A stretch of 64,000 bases of DNA from Octopus bimaculoides (Eukaryota), in the NCBI RefSeq assembly GCF_001194135.2, contig NC_068984.1, positions 128,263,482 to 128,327,481 of the forward strand, written 5' to 3'. The position numbers and the translations under genes are program-made. Shown in pieces: positions 14,011-27,723 of the stretch (the first letter of the stretch is position 1; the number at the start of each line of letters is the position of its first letter). The notes under the pieces are model-generated. The model searched no databases and was not told the DNA's origin. It worked only from the letters and a program-made list of their open reading frames with translations.

Positions 14011-17000
14011 GTATATGTATANNNNNNNNNNNNNNNNNNNNNNNNNNNNNNNNNNNNNNNNNNNNNNNNNNNNNNNNNNNNNNNNNNNNNNNNNNNNNNN
14101 NNNNNNNNNNNNNNNNNNNNNNNNNNNATATATATATATATATATCATCATCATCATCATCGTTTAACGTCCGCTTTCCATGCTAGCATGGGTTGGACGA
14201 TTTGACTGAGGACTGGTGAAACCGGATGGCAACACCATATATATAATTTCATTCAGCTTCTGTCAATCAAATCCACTCACAAGGCATTGGTCAGCCCAAG
14301 AGCTATAGTTCTACGAAGTGGGACTGAACCTGAAACCATGTGGTTGAGAAACAAACTTCTTACAGTGCAGCCATGCCTGTGCCTACATAAATATTTCTGA
14401 TTTATTTTTTCATTGAAAATCGATAGTTCTTGATTTCTCTTGGAACCATAAGTTCTTGTGAGTTGAAACACTGGTCTCAATCATCAAAAATGTACAATAA
14501 TTAGGATGTGTAATTGATAAAATACAATGCATCCCTCCTCCTTGTCATTATTGTCATCCTCATCCTCCATTTCCTAAACAGTAGTCTTTATTATGCAAGA
14601 GAAATTTTGCACTCAGCACTGATCAATCTGTTATGGCTATTGATGCCTATTCATAGCAAGATCAGCAGCTTCATTAAATCTACATCTGACAAGATCATTA
14701 TTAACTTGTAAAAAGTATGTCTTTCACAGAGATCCTCTAAAAATGATAATGCTCTGTTATTTGCTTTTTGTGATTCAAAAGTGTGGCCAGTGGTATATTT
14801 GTGGCCAGTGGTACATTTGTGGCCAGTGGTATATTTGCCAGCATCAGAGAACAAATTCCTTACAACTTTTAATTCAATGTCTGAGTCAAAGTTTATCATT
14901 CAAATAACAATTATGTTTCTTGAATAAAATTTAGGTAGTTAACCAAATTACATTGCATGTTTATATAAATATCTTCAATACAACGTAGAAATGAGAGAAA
15001 AGTTTTCAAATTTTGTTCAACTTACTTGTGCCAACATGTTACAGCATTGTTGTAACAAAGATACTGGTGGATTACCAAGACTTGTAGCCAACTGTACTCT
15101 AAGTAATTGTTCTCGTTGTGTATTGTTCTCTAAAATGGCATGCAGGAGAGCAACTGAAGCAAACCAGTTTGATAATGAGTCGCCACTGAACAAGCCACCA
15201 CACAGAAGCTGTCCAGCTGTGATGGTATTCACTGAAATAAACAGAAAATGAAAGTGATTAAGAATCTGGCCACAAACACATTGAATATCAATAGTTATAC
15301 AGTTGTCATGTCAGTTGGGTAAAGGTATTAGTTGCGATATTCTGTAGTAATTACACACCACTATACAGAAATCATATAGTTTACTGGACCCATCAACCAG
15401 TTTAGAATATAATACAAACTATTTACAAGATGTTGACTTAATATGAAATAAACTTCCTCTCCATTTTAACGTACTCAAACACACCATAAATTACTTTTCT
15501 TCCATACATTGTCTTTTTATAGTTTAACAATAAAGAATAAATTATCTTGTAATTTACAGATACACAAGAGCAAACACTCCTGTTACTTTCATCTGTCAAA
15601 CTACTTTTATCTGACAAACTAAAAGGGTAAGTTGTAGAGCTATATTTGAAGTAGAACACAGTGTTATTTTATAACACATGCATTCTCACTTTAATAAAAG
15701 AGATTTCTAGAAATAATATACTATCCCAAACTGCAGAGATATGGTATAGTTAAAAAGGAAGATACATTGTAACTCTCATTTAGAAGTTGTTTGAATAATA
15801 TAACACTGTGAAGCAGTCATATAATGTAACATCTTTTAGTAGACATATGTAATTGTTATATAAACAAATATTGATCTGTTATAACATGGCAATGAAGATA
15901 ACTATCAAGACTTGTAGACAGTCTCTGTATTGTTTACATATTGAAGGATCGAATAGCAAATTACATGATAAAAGTAAAGGTTGAACAAAATATAACTAAA
16001 AATCTGAAATATAGTGGTGCAATTGGGGTACAGTGTCTGAATTGTAGGATGGAGGTATTAGTGTGGGATAATAACATAATACACTAATAATACACTACAG
16101 TTTTAGTGAAGGGGGAAAACAACAAGAATAAATAAAAGGCTATAAAATTGGGAGAATGGAAGTCTTTCTTTACAAAACATAAAGAAATAAAAAGGATAAA
16201 GTAGGAAATAAAATTATAAAACAAGTGGTCAGTAAACATGACTGAGAGATGCGGATGTTGGTGCCAAAAGGTCATCGGGTGGAAACATGGAGACAAAATT
16301 CAACATATGAATGTAAAATACCGTGATTGCTTCTCTCACCATCAGCAGTTGTGGGTAGAAGTGTTTGCACAATCTGAGATTGGCCAACTTCATTCTTGAA
16401 TAAGAAAGACTGGAAGCAGTAGAGAACAGCACATCGTAGGACAAAAGGTTGTTTTTCATTCACCATAGACATCAACAGAACCACAATGGCAGGTCTATAA
16501 TAGTATAGAAAATAAAAAACATTTTATGTATTAACTCTAATTTAGATATCTAAAATATAATAATAAACTTGGTAAGTTTCAATAAGTGCTCATTTACAAA
16601 TTACAACAGAATTCAATACGACAGGCAAAACAAAGTTAAAGAGTAGAATTTTCCACTACTGGACCGAAACAGTAAAAATTACATAGATCAATGGCAATTG
16701 AAAACACAGTAGTCAGATATAAAATCAAATGTTCAATAAAAGCAATGAAAGTTACCTAGGTGGTTTTGATGGTGCCATCACAGATGCAAAAAACTCTTGG
16801 TTGGCTAAGTTTCCTCGAATTATTTCAGACACAGTATTAATGGTCTGGAAAAAATAAATGTTATTTTAGTATCATAACAAATAAAAAAATTTATAGTGTA
16901 TCTAATTTATAAACTCATGAATATATTTAAATATTCACATTACAACATTTGAAGTAGTCTAAAATTATAGTACAGGGTGTCCACAAAGTTTGGGTACATA

Positions 17001-18435
17001 GGGATTAATACATACTTTAAGAAATTATTATGTTATGATTTTATTTACTCCATGTACCCAGACTTTGTAGACACCCTGTAGACTATAAAGAAATAAAATG
17101 GATGCTAATATGAGGATATAAACAGTTGCAAACAACTGTAATTAAAAGAGAAAATTCCTACTATTGCTTTGGAATTTAGTTTCTCAAATAGTCACAGAAT
17201 CAAATAAATATTTAGTTAAACACAGTTGAAAATGTTACAATTAGTAAAATAATTAACCACACTTTCAGTGAATAAATAAAGTAAGGATGGTATTAAGGAT
17301 ATTTTAGACCATACCGCTGTTAGGACATCTGCCGGAACACCACTGGCCATTAGTATAGTACATAACTGCTTCAACAAATCTGAAATCACAGAAACAAATA
17401 TGTAAAATAAGGAAAACAGTATCTACAACAAGAAATTATATGCATGTTTGTGTGCATGTGTGTATTCATGTATGTACATATGTATATACACAAACATGTA
17501 TGTATGTATGTATATATGTATGTATGCATGCATATAAGAATTATTATGTCAATTCCAAATATTTCAATAAAGTTCTCATATATCCTTATAACAATCATAA
17601 GATAGCAGGAGTATTTCTACCCATACATCCACATATGCTAACATTGAATTTTAATATAGTTTCTATATTTTAAATTAGGATCCACACTGATATTCAATAT
17701 CCCACCCATCTGGCATATCTAATGTCCATGCAACCTTATAAATACAGTAAATCCCTCTTTCTACCCAATAGTTGTAAACAACCTAAGTCAAACCTCAGAG
17801 TAGACTGTCTATTTTTGATATAATATATGTATAAAACATTACAAATGCTAGGTCTCTCAATTTCTGATGATCTCTCAGTCACCTACCATATATAATAGTG
17901 GCAAAACTGCACCTAAAAGTCTATTACATTGATCTCAATGTTCAACTGGTATTTCTTTTATTGACCCTGAAAGGGTGAAAGATAAAGCTGACCTTGGTGG
18001 AATTTGAACTCAGAATGTAAAGACAGATGAAACACTGCTAAGCATTTTGCCCAGCTTACTAACGATAAAAGAAAATAACAATAATAAGTTAACTTACTGC
18101 AGGAGTTCATAACTTTCTGACAAGCTGCTGTTTGATTGAGTGGGTTGTTAGGAGAGACGAGGGTTCGGACTAGCTATAGAACAGGAAAGAATGGACATAT
18201 TAGCATGCACAAGTACCATTATTATAAAGACACCAGTGAATTGACAAAATGGATTCAAAATAGTTTAGCGAATTGGGAGAGAGAGTGCATTTTGATCAAA
18301 GCAAACTGCTGTTTGGACAAAAGGAGTAATATATATTAGATAAGGTGACAGAGACAAATTGAGATAATCTTGGTTAATATATGGTTTAACCAAGTAATGC
18401 TAATCTGATGTTCCCAGTCTCAAGGTCAGAATAAC

Positions 18436-18474
<39 letters not shown>

Positions 18475-19369
18475 ACTATGCCAAATCAGATTGGAGTCTG
18501 GTGCAGCTCCCCAGCTGGCCAGTTCTGGTCAAACTGTCCAACCCATGCCAGCATAGACAACACACGTTAAATGATGGTGGTGATGATGATGATACACATA
18601 CATATCTCCTCATATATAACAATAACATTCTACTTTTGAACTGTTATGCCAGTATTTGAATTTTAAATGAGTGTATATACATATATACAAACATATAGGT
18701 CTTATCTAAATATGCATAAACATACATAGCTTCTATACTGAAGGACTGAGACAACACTTTTGTGATTGTAATATATACATGTGACAACTCTAAATGGTTG
18801 ACTTGAGGTAGGCTTTATATTTGCTTTCACAGCTCATTGCATGCAATCTTGTGATTTCCTCATTTTTATTTTTACCTGTTGGATCTGGAAGAAGAGGCAA
18901 TAATCATGGCCTTTGCTGGCCCTGCTATATTGTTGAGATTAATACCTTTAATACTTCTCTTGACACTTTGTAAGTCAACACCAGCATGAGAAAAGAAGGA
19001 ATCCCAGAAGGACAGTGTTCTCAGAAGGAAAGATTGGGTTTAGTGTTTAATGCAGATCCTGAGTTGGGGTGGAGACAACAAGAGTAATGACTGGAAGAGA
19101 GATGAGTGGCATGGAAATGCTTGAGTGGAGGTGTTATGAGCTTAATTAGCTCTGAGAAGTAGAGGCGATTATAGCAGCAATAGAAATAGCTGAGAAAGAG
19201 ATTATAGTGGATTATACTGATGATGCAGTTCATACAATTTATATTCTCAGACATTCTCTAAACAATACCAACCCACTCAACATCATCAGAGGCAATGAAA
19301 CTGGAGAGTGGTGCCAAAATCAGCCACTTCAAGTCAAAAGCTGACAATGGGGGCACTCTGCAGCATAAG

Positions 19370-19425
<56 letters not shown>

Positions 19426-20033
19426 NNNNNNNNNNNNNNNNNNNNNNNNNNNNNNNNNNNNNNNNNNNNNNNNNNNNNNNNNNNNNNNNNNNNNNNNNNN
19501 NNNNNNNNNNNNNNNNNNNNNNNNNNNNNNNNNNNNNNNNNNNNNNNNNNNNNNNNNNNNNNNNNNNNNNNNNNNNNNNNNNNNNNNNNNNNNNNNNNNN
19601 NNNNNNNNNNNNNNNNNNNNNNNNNNNNNNNNNNNNNNNNNNNNNNNNNNNNNNNNNNNNNNNNNNNNNNNNNNNNNNNNNNNNNNNNNNNNNNNNNNNN
19701 NNNNNNNNNNNNNNNNNNNNNNNNNNNNNNNNNNNNNNNNNNNNNNNNNNNNNNNNNNNNNNNNNNNNNNNNNNNNNNNNNTATATATATATATATATAA
19801 TCATCATCATCATCATTTAATGTCTGCTTTCCATGCTAGCATATCTGGATGGTTGTACATTTACAGATTTTTATTAATCTGGAGAATCTACAAGAATAGA
19901 TGCAAGCGCTAATTTATAAAAACATGTGACATATTAATAAAAATCTGTAAATGTACAACCATCCAGATATCTGAGTACCTTATTACCTTATTATTTTTTC
20001 TAATATATAATTCCTGTACATCACCTCCAAACC

Positions 20034-20080
<47 letters not shown>

Positions 20081-21427
20081 TTATATGTTGTGGTTTAATC
20101 CTTGGTTAGCTCTGATCCAACAGATCTATGATCAACAGCATTTCACATGTGGCTCTCTCTGATCTTTTTTCAGGTATAATATATCTGAGAATAGGTTGTT
20201 ATATGTTGTCTTTCTCTTTTAATATGATATGGTGTGATGAGGGAGATTTGGGTGCTATTTCTAGCAAGTCAAATGACCATGTAGTAAACAATGTTCTTTA
20301 CTTATCATAGACTATTTTACTGTATGATGCGTAGGTAAAAGGTAGTCATTAATGGAGGAGACTGAAAAAGATGTATGAAGAAGTAGTGAAGTTATACTGA
20401 GATGATTGTCGGTATACTGTATAGCAAACATTTCCAACCCACTGCAGTAAGGAAAAACAGATGCTGGTAATGACATGAGAAAAGAAAAATAAATGTTAAA
20501 AAAATAAAAGTACAATTTAATTTATTATTTACAACAAGCATGTGTATTTACTGTTTCCAAATTCAGGTAAAAAAAAAAAAAAATCAGTCAACAAGAACAT
20601 ACAGAGAAACAACAATAATTCTCTATCAATACTATACTTAGCACTGTAGCCATTAGCTATATGCTCTATCACCTTAAATGATGCTTTAAAGCTAAGTCCA
20701 TTATAAGAGTTAACTCCAAACACTAGCCTTTATTTGTTTGCTGTGGAAATGTTGGTTGTAGAAACTGTAACAAATGAAGTTAGATTTTATTAGTATTTTG
20801 TTGCATCACAGGAAGTTCATTATGCCAATAAACACCTGCATAAGTTCTATTTCACTTCTTTATTTAACCAATTAACTAATTGATTGTTTAATTAATTGCT
20901 CAGGCAATCAATCAATTCGCTAGGTTTGTTAAAATCCTTTTGTTGCTATTCATGACCTTATCAATGACATGCCCTCCCTACTCCGGGTCTGCCTGTCTCC
21001 TTGATGGTGATGAATGATGATGAAAACACTCTGACAGACTTAGCTGACTGAGTGATCAAACAATTAATCAAACAATCAATTAGTTAATTAGTTAACCAAC
21101 TGATAAATAAATAAATAATAAAGAAGTTAAAGAGAACCAGTGTATGTGTTTATTATTGGCATAATGACTATCTCAAGATACAGCAAAATATGTTTGAACA
21201 CATGAGTTTACATCAAGAATCTTACAAACCATTTACAAAAATGAAATATCATTATTAGTATTTTTAATTGTATGGCACATTTCTTTAAATAAGAGAGAAA
21301 GAGAGAGAGAAAGAGAGGTGGGTGTAACAGAATTTACCTAGTTCAAGACTGACACAACAGAAACATAATCAAATGATATACTGAATCTTATTGAACATGA
21401 AAATTTGAACAATAAAAAACTATTAGA

Positions 21428-21472
<45 letters not shown>

Positions 21473-21738
21473 TGATAGAAAAGGTAAGACAACAAAAGAA
21501 AGAAAGAGACCTCGACATTATGTAAATTGAGAAATTTATCTGTAAATAATATGTGACAATTATTTGGTAGCCATGATAAAACTCCGAGTTTCAGATGTCG
21601 GGGCGGAAACCCACGCCGCCATCTCTTCAGGTATCTGGGCATCGAAAAGTGCTATGAAAATGACCGTTAAACAAAGGGAAATTACTGTGTGATTGACCAT
21701 TATTAAGACAAAAGAGCTATTAGAATGACCACTAACTT

Positions 21739-21771
<33 letters not shown>

Positions 21772-22073
21772 ATATACAAAGTATGAGGGTTTAGCTTACA
21801 GGTGATCTAAATGATTAGGTATGCTAGGTTAGTGTTGTAACGGATTACTAGGGCTCCAAAGTTATAGCCGAGACGGTAGTTACGGAGCCATTGTAGATTT
21901 CCGATGCAGCAGATATATAATTGTTAAAGGGGACAACAAACGTAAGGCAAGGTAAACATCTCAAGTCATATATATTATTATTACTGGAAAAAATTTTTTT
22001 TTACCAATAATAATGTATATGACTTGAGATGTTTGCTTTGCTTTAATGCTTGTTGTCCTCTTTAAGAAATGTA

Positions 22074-22126
<53 letters not shown>

Positions 22127-22276
22127 TCTCTGAGTGGTTGGCGTTAGGAAGGGCATCCAGCTGTAGAAACTCTGCCAAATTTAGATTGGAGCCTGGTGTT
22201 GCCATCCAGTTTCACCAGTCCTCAGTCAAGTCGTCCAACCCATGCTAGCATGGAAAGCAGACGTTAAATGATGATG

Positions 22277-22347
<71 letters not shown>

Positions 22348-25300
22348 CAAAAAGATTTAAAACCAAGTGGAGATAATGGAAACAAAAGATAATAAAATTA
22401 TGTTTGGAGGCAAGTAACAAAACACAACAGACACAATGTTCAGATGATAGTAGAAAAGAGACAAAAATGAGAAAACTGAGATAAATTCACTCTAAAATAC
22501 ATCAACAAAGATTCTATTGAAACTTACACTATAATACTGGTGTCCCTTTAGATAATACACTGAATCTGTTGGCATACATGTTCAGAGTATAATAAGACCT
22601 GTTACTGAAGAACCCTACGTCAGTCCTGATAGAGCTGACTTATCATTACAGATGTTCCAACCCCATTTTTGTATACCTCCAGAACAACACTATCTAATGC
22701 ATTCTTCTTTTTTAAAGACGACAGAGAATTTGGCTACAATTTTTAGCAGATCAAGTGATTATAAAATTTTCCCTCATTAGTTTCACAATTAAGACATTAT
22801 GATACAGGAGACTGAAAAGATGACTATTTCTCCTCTGAATTCTCTCGCACCATCTCCAACACTTCCGTCACCTTTCTCGACATTTCAGTCAACATACACC
22901 ACTTCACTCTCACCACGTCCATACACTACAAACACACCGACTCACACTCATGCCTCAACTTCTCCTCCTTCCACCCTACCCACACCAAACTCTCCATCCC
23001 CTACTTCTAATTCCTCCATCTGCACAGGCTCTGCAGTGACAACCATGACCTTGAAACTCAGCCTCAACTTATGGCTCATCACTTCATCCTTCATGGATAT
23101 TCCCTCACCACTATCCACACTGCCCTTGTCAGAGTACGTTCTGTAGACTGTGTCTCTGCAATCTCCCTCTGCACCCATGTTAAACAGGGTGATGGGTTAA
23201 GCCTAGTATCTAAGTAGGCCATGGAGGGATTTGAACTTGGAATGCAAAAACTGGAACAAATATCACAAAGCATCCAGTGGACCATCCTTACAGTTCCACC
23301 AATCTACTGCCTGCGATTAGTACGTTGTTATCAACACTGAAAGAATGGAAGGCAAAATTGACCTCTGTCACAATACTGCAAGATCAGATTCATTTCTGTG
23401 TTCCATACTTAATATTAAGAAAAGGTGGTGCGTTGGACAAAATGCAATATAGCATTGCTTCTGGATCTTTATGTTCTGAGTTCAAGGTGGTGAGCTGGCA
23501 GAATAATTAGCATGTCAGATAAAATGTCTAGCAACATTTCTTCTAGCTCTTTACATTTTGGGTTTAAATTCTGCTGAGGTCAACCCTGCATATCTGGGTC
23601 AACAAAATTAATACCAATCAAATATTGAGACCCATGTAATCAACTTTCCCTTCCCCATCAAAATTGTTGGCATGGCGCTAAAAATTAGAAAGAATATGAA
23701 ACATTAACTGATTAAGAGATTGAAGTTGTCTCCCCTGGTTTTTTTTTTTAATTACTCAAATTAGTCATCTAGATAATTAATATTTTTCATCACTAAGGGT
23801 CTAATTTTAATGAAATTCTGAGTTTACTACATCAAATACATAAATACATCAGAACCCACGTTACTATTAAGTATTCATGTAAGAGGTACCCTGTGTAATT
23901 TTCCCTGCATGTGTATTAATGATCCAGGTTGCATCTTTTTATGTCAAAGAGGCTGGATCGTTGGCTACAAAACTAGCACCACCATTAAGCTTAACTTCAG
24001 AGAAGGGTAGCTAGAAACTCAGCAGAACTAATAACAAGACCTGTCAAAAGGACAGATGAACCTTGAGTCGGTTCAATGATTATCTAGCAACAGCACAAAT
24101 ATATATCACCATCATCAGCAACATCCATTTTCCATGCTGGCATGGGTTGGACAGCTTGACAGGAGCTGGTAAGGCCAAGGGATGCACCAGGTTCCATAGT
24201 CCATTTTGGCTTGGTTTCTACAGCTGGATGCCCTTCCAAATGCCAACCACTTTACAGAGTGTATTGGGTGCTTTTTACATGGCACCAACCTTGTCCTTTT
24301 TTCCATGGTGGCATGGGCTAAATGGTTTAACAAGAACAGACAAGCCAGAGGGCTTAGCCAGGTTCTATGATATTGCATGATTGGCCTTCATTGGAATTTT
24401 AATTATAGCTAAGGCAATACTTATTTTAAGGTTTCTAGTTTAAGGAGGTTGTGTTGCATAGAATCACACACACACACACACACACAAATAGCTCAATTCT
24501 AGTTTGTTTTGCATGAAAAAATAAAGGTAATAGTCTTCTAATAATTGGCATAACTATAACAAATGATTACAATATCATGAAAAAGCAATCAGAAAAATTT
24601 AGAAATTACATGTCATAACTTTAGAACTAAGAAATGTTTTCCACCATTCTATTTGTAATTGCTACAACTTGATTGACACAACTGCAGTGAAGTCATTGAC
24701 AGTTATCTCTATCCACACAAACCATAATGATATCTGTTAGGCAGCTGACGATGGGAATATATATTTGTTTTATTTGTCTGTGAATCTTTTATATCTTGAG
24801 GTCTGTTGTTGTATATTGTCTTTCATTATTGTCGGTTTATGGTAGTTTTGTTGTTTGTATTATAAAATACGTTGATTTTGCATGACTCTCCTTCATTAGG
24901 ATTCTAATTATGGCTAGGGCAATACTTATTTTAGGGTTTCTAAATCTTCATAATTTGCAGATGTCTACAACAAAAAATACTCCATTCCTTGTATTATGAG
25001 GAAATTTTGATTTTGAAATATTACTCTGATATTTGTCACAATTGTGATAGTTATTTCAATCCCAGAAACTAAGATCGAGTGATAAACATTGCAATAACAG
25101 TGTTTTGATTATGCATATATAGAATAAAAAAATACTGGTGCTTAACAAGAAGGTAATAAATTAGAGAGCAAAAAGCAAGTGAAGCACAAATGGTTGTGGT
25201 GAGAGAGAGAGAAGAAGAAGAAGAGGGCAGACATAGAAAGAATACAAAGAGAATAAAGTGTAAAACAACTAAGTAGCAAAGAAATAAAGAGAGTGAAGAA

Positions 25301-25930
25301 GTTGATGTTACAAGACTTAAAAAAGGCAAACCACACATGATCTTCCATTGATAGAATACAAAATAAATAATGAATACATACATCACTGGAAGTCTGCTTA
25401 AATATAGCGTGATGCAAAATTTATTAACTTATTCCTGATGTCTATGTTACCATTTTTCTATATCTATGGAACATTTGTCCACAGCAGAGATTAATCTTCA
25501 AGAATAATAAAAGCCATAGATTAAAAAAAAAATCAAAAAAGTCATGATGCATGAGATATTAAGTTCCTAATTAAAAATAGACAACTTAATCTGAATTTAG
25601 TTCAGCAGAATGAAAGTAGTTAATGACAAAACTTAAAATTAAAAAATATATTTATTTTTATTGCTGCAGTAATTGTTTTAAAAATCCATCCGAAGTTTTT
25701 TTTTTTTTGTTATAAAACAATACACATTGAAAATCGATGTGGTTATTGCTACTGATGTTTGTTACCATGAAGAAGAAATGTGTACAATAATAACTAACAG
25801 CATGTGCAGTTTTAAAGAGTGCATCCAAAGCTGCTGAACAAGTGGTAAAAATGAGACGGGGGAAACAATAGATTACTTGTGTGATTAGTCAAAAGAGAAA
25901 ATGAAACAAGATCGTTATTAGATAACAGCA

Positions 25931-25961
<31 letters not shown>

Positions 25962-26268
25962 TATAGCAACAATAATTTGGAAATGTGGAAGTTCAGTTTC
26001 AAAGAATAGACAAATAATGACTAACTATTGAGAGAAGTCGCTAAAGAGAAGAGAATGGTAGATAGAAAGATAAAGGAAAAGCAAAGATAGAGATAGAAAT
26101 GATAAAGGTTAATGAAGGTTTTTTTTATGGTATTTTTACTTAATTGGATAACGTTTTAGATGAACAATAATATAGCATGCTTTATGACATTTAATTTTAT
26201 TCAGCAACACATTCTAACTGATCTCATACACCAGATATATATATATATATATATATATNNNNNNNNNN

Positions 26269-26310
<42 letters not shown>

Positions 26311-27687
26311 TATATTATTTCCAACCATGTTGTTGAGGGTCAGAAGTGAACTCAGTGATTTACTGTAGAAAAAACTGCAAATCAAAATGCAATGGAGAAT
26401 CAGACCAAATTCGATGATATGAGATTATGATAAGGTTATCAAGATGAATCTTTTTAAAACTATCATTGAAGTTAAAATTATATAGGCTATAACTAATAAA
26501 TATTTAATCAAATAGGATTAGAGTGGATGAGACCAGAAAGTAATAAATAAGAGAGAAGATAGAATGAAACATGAGAAATAAAGACATTACCAAAAGTTAA
26601 AATCATTATATATTATAGCAATGAAGGTTCCTCTCGCTGGTGTGATATATTAACTGCACAAATTATGAAACAGTGCTTTGCACTGACTGTACAGTTAATC
26701 TATCACAAGTTGGCCCAATATTACCAAAATACCCTATGTATGCATGTAGTGTGCTGGAACTTGTCAGAATTTGGTAGGAAAGGAAGTTGGTACATATAGA
26801 CACATACATGGGAGGGGCAAAAGTAGCCACATGCATCATCACCAAGCAGATTCTCAAGAATTTGAAGAGAGACAAAAAATGTGTTCCAGTGATAGCTAGA
26901 CAAAGCAAGCGAGTAGCTGCAGACAGGTGACAAATTATTTTAGTGGGTGGTCACCATTTGGCTTTAAATATATTCATTCTATATATATTTATATCTAATA
27001 ATAATTTATTTACTTTGGGTTGGAACAATTAAGTAAGAAAGTTCTTCATTGGTTATGATGATTGAATCAAGTAAAAGAAATTATAATAACTAATAACAAT
27101 ACTATTTAAGAAATAAGTATTTGTAAAACTATATTTTTATCATTATTATTATTATTATTATTACATTATCATGTTTATGTTTCATCAATGAATTCTTCAT
27201 CACAGCAGAAAAATGATTGGTTTTATAAGGTGAAAGAGAAAGTGGAAAGAAAAAAGGGAATTACATCATCTCAACAGATGAAATGATCTAAATTTGATGT
27301 GTTGGATCTTTTTAGTTAGAGAGTTTTAATTCAATTTAATAAGGAATAGATTAGGTAACTTCATTCTTTAACGTATTAGCATATATCAAACAGTGTTATA
27401 TTGGTACAGATATATCAAATATATGCCTGTTGTTAGAGGAAGAAATATGAACTGCACATCTGGTACCAGGTATTAGGAGCTGAAGAGACATTTTAATGAC
27501 TGATTAAATCAGTCTTGATATAATTTAGGTGTGCATGTAATTTAGTGTGGTAGACATGATTGTGTGTTTAAGAAGGGTTTGATTCTATTGTACAGCACCT
27601 TGGGCAAGAATCTTTTACGATAGCCTCAGGTTGACCAATGCTTTGTGAGTGATATTTGGTATACAGAAACTGTGCAAAAAAAGACTG

Positions 27688-27723
<36 letters not shown>

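Noticed and set aside
19295-19912. Long ORFs in the track at 13936-14186, 19295-19912 and 54141-54895
   Set aside because: Artefacts of N gaps and microsatellites.
22799-23178. Track ORFs 22799-23146(+) (S/T/P-rich) and 22948-23178(-)
   Set aside because: Off-frame and antisense readings of the Penelope RT remnant.
26663-26933. Two overlapping minus-strand ORFs with slightly higher GC
   Set aside because: No recognisable homology, and several mutually incompatible splice solutions.
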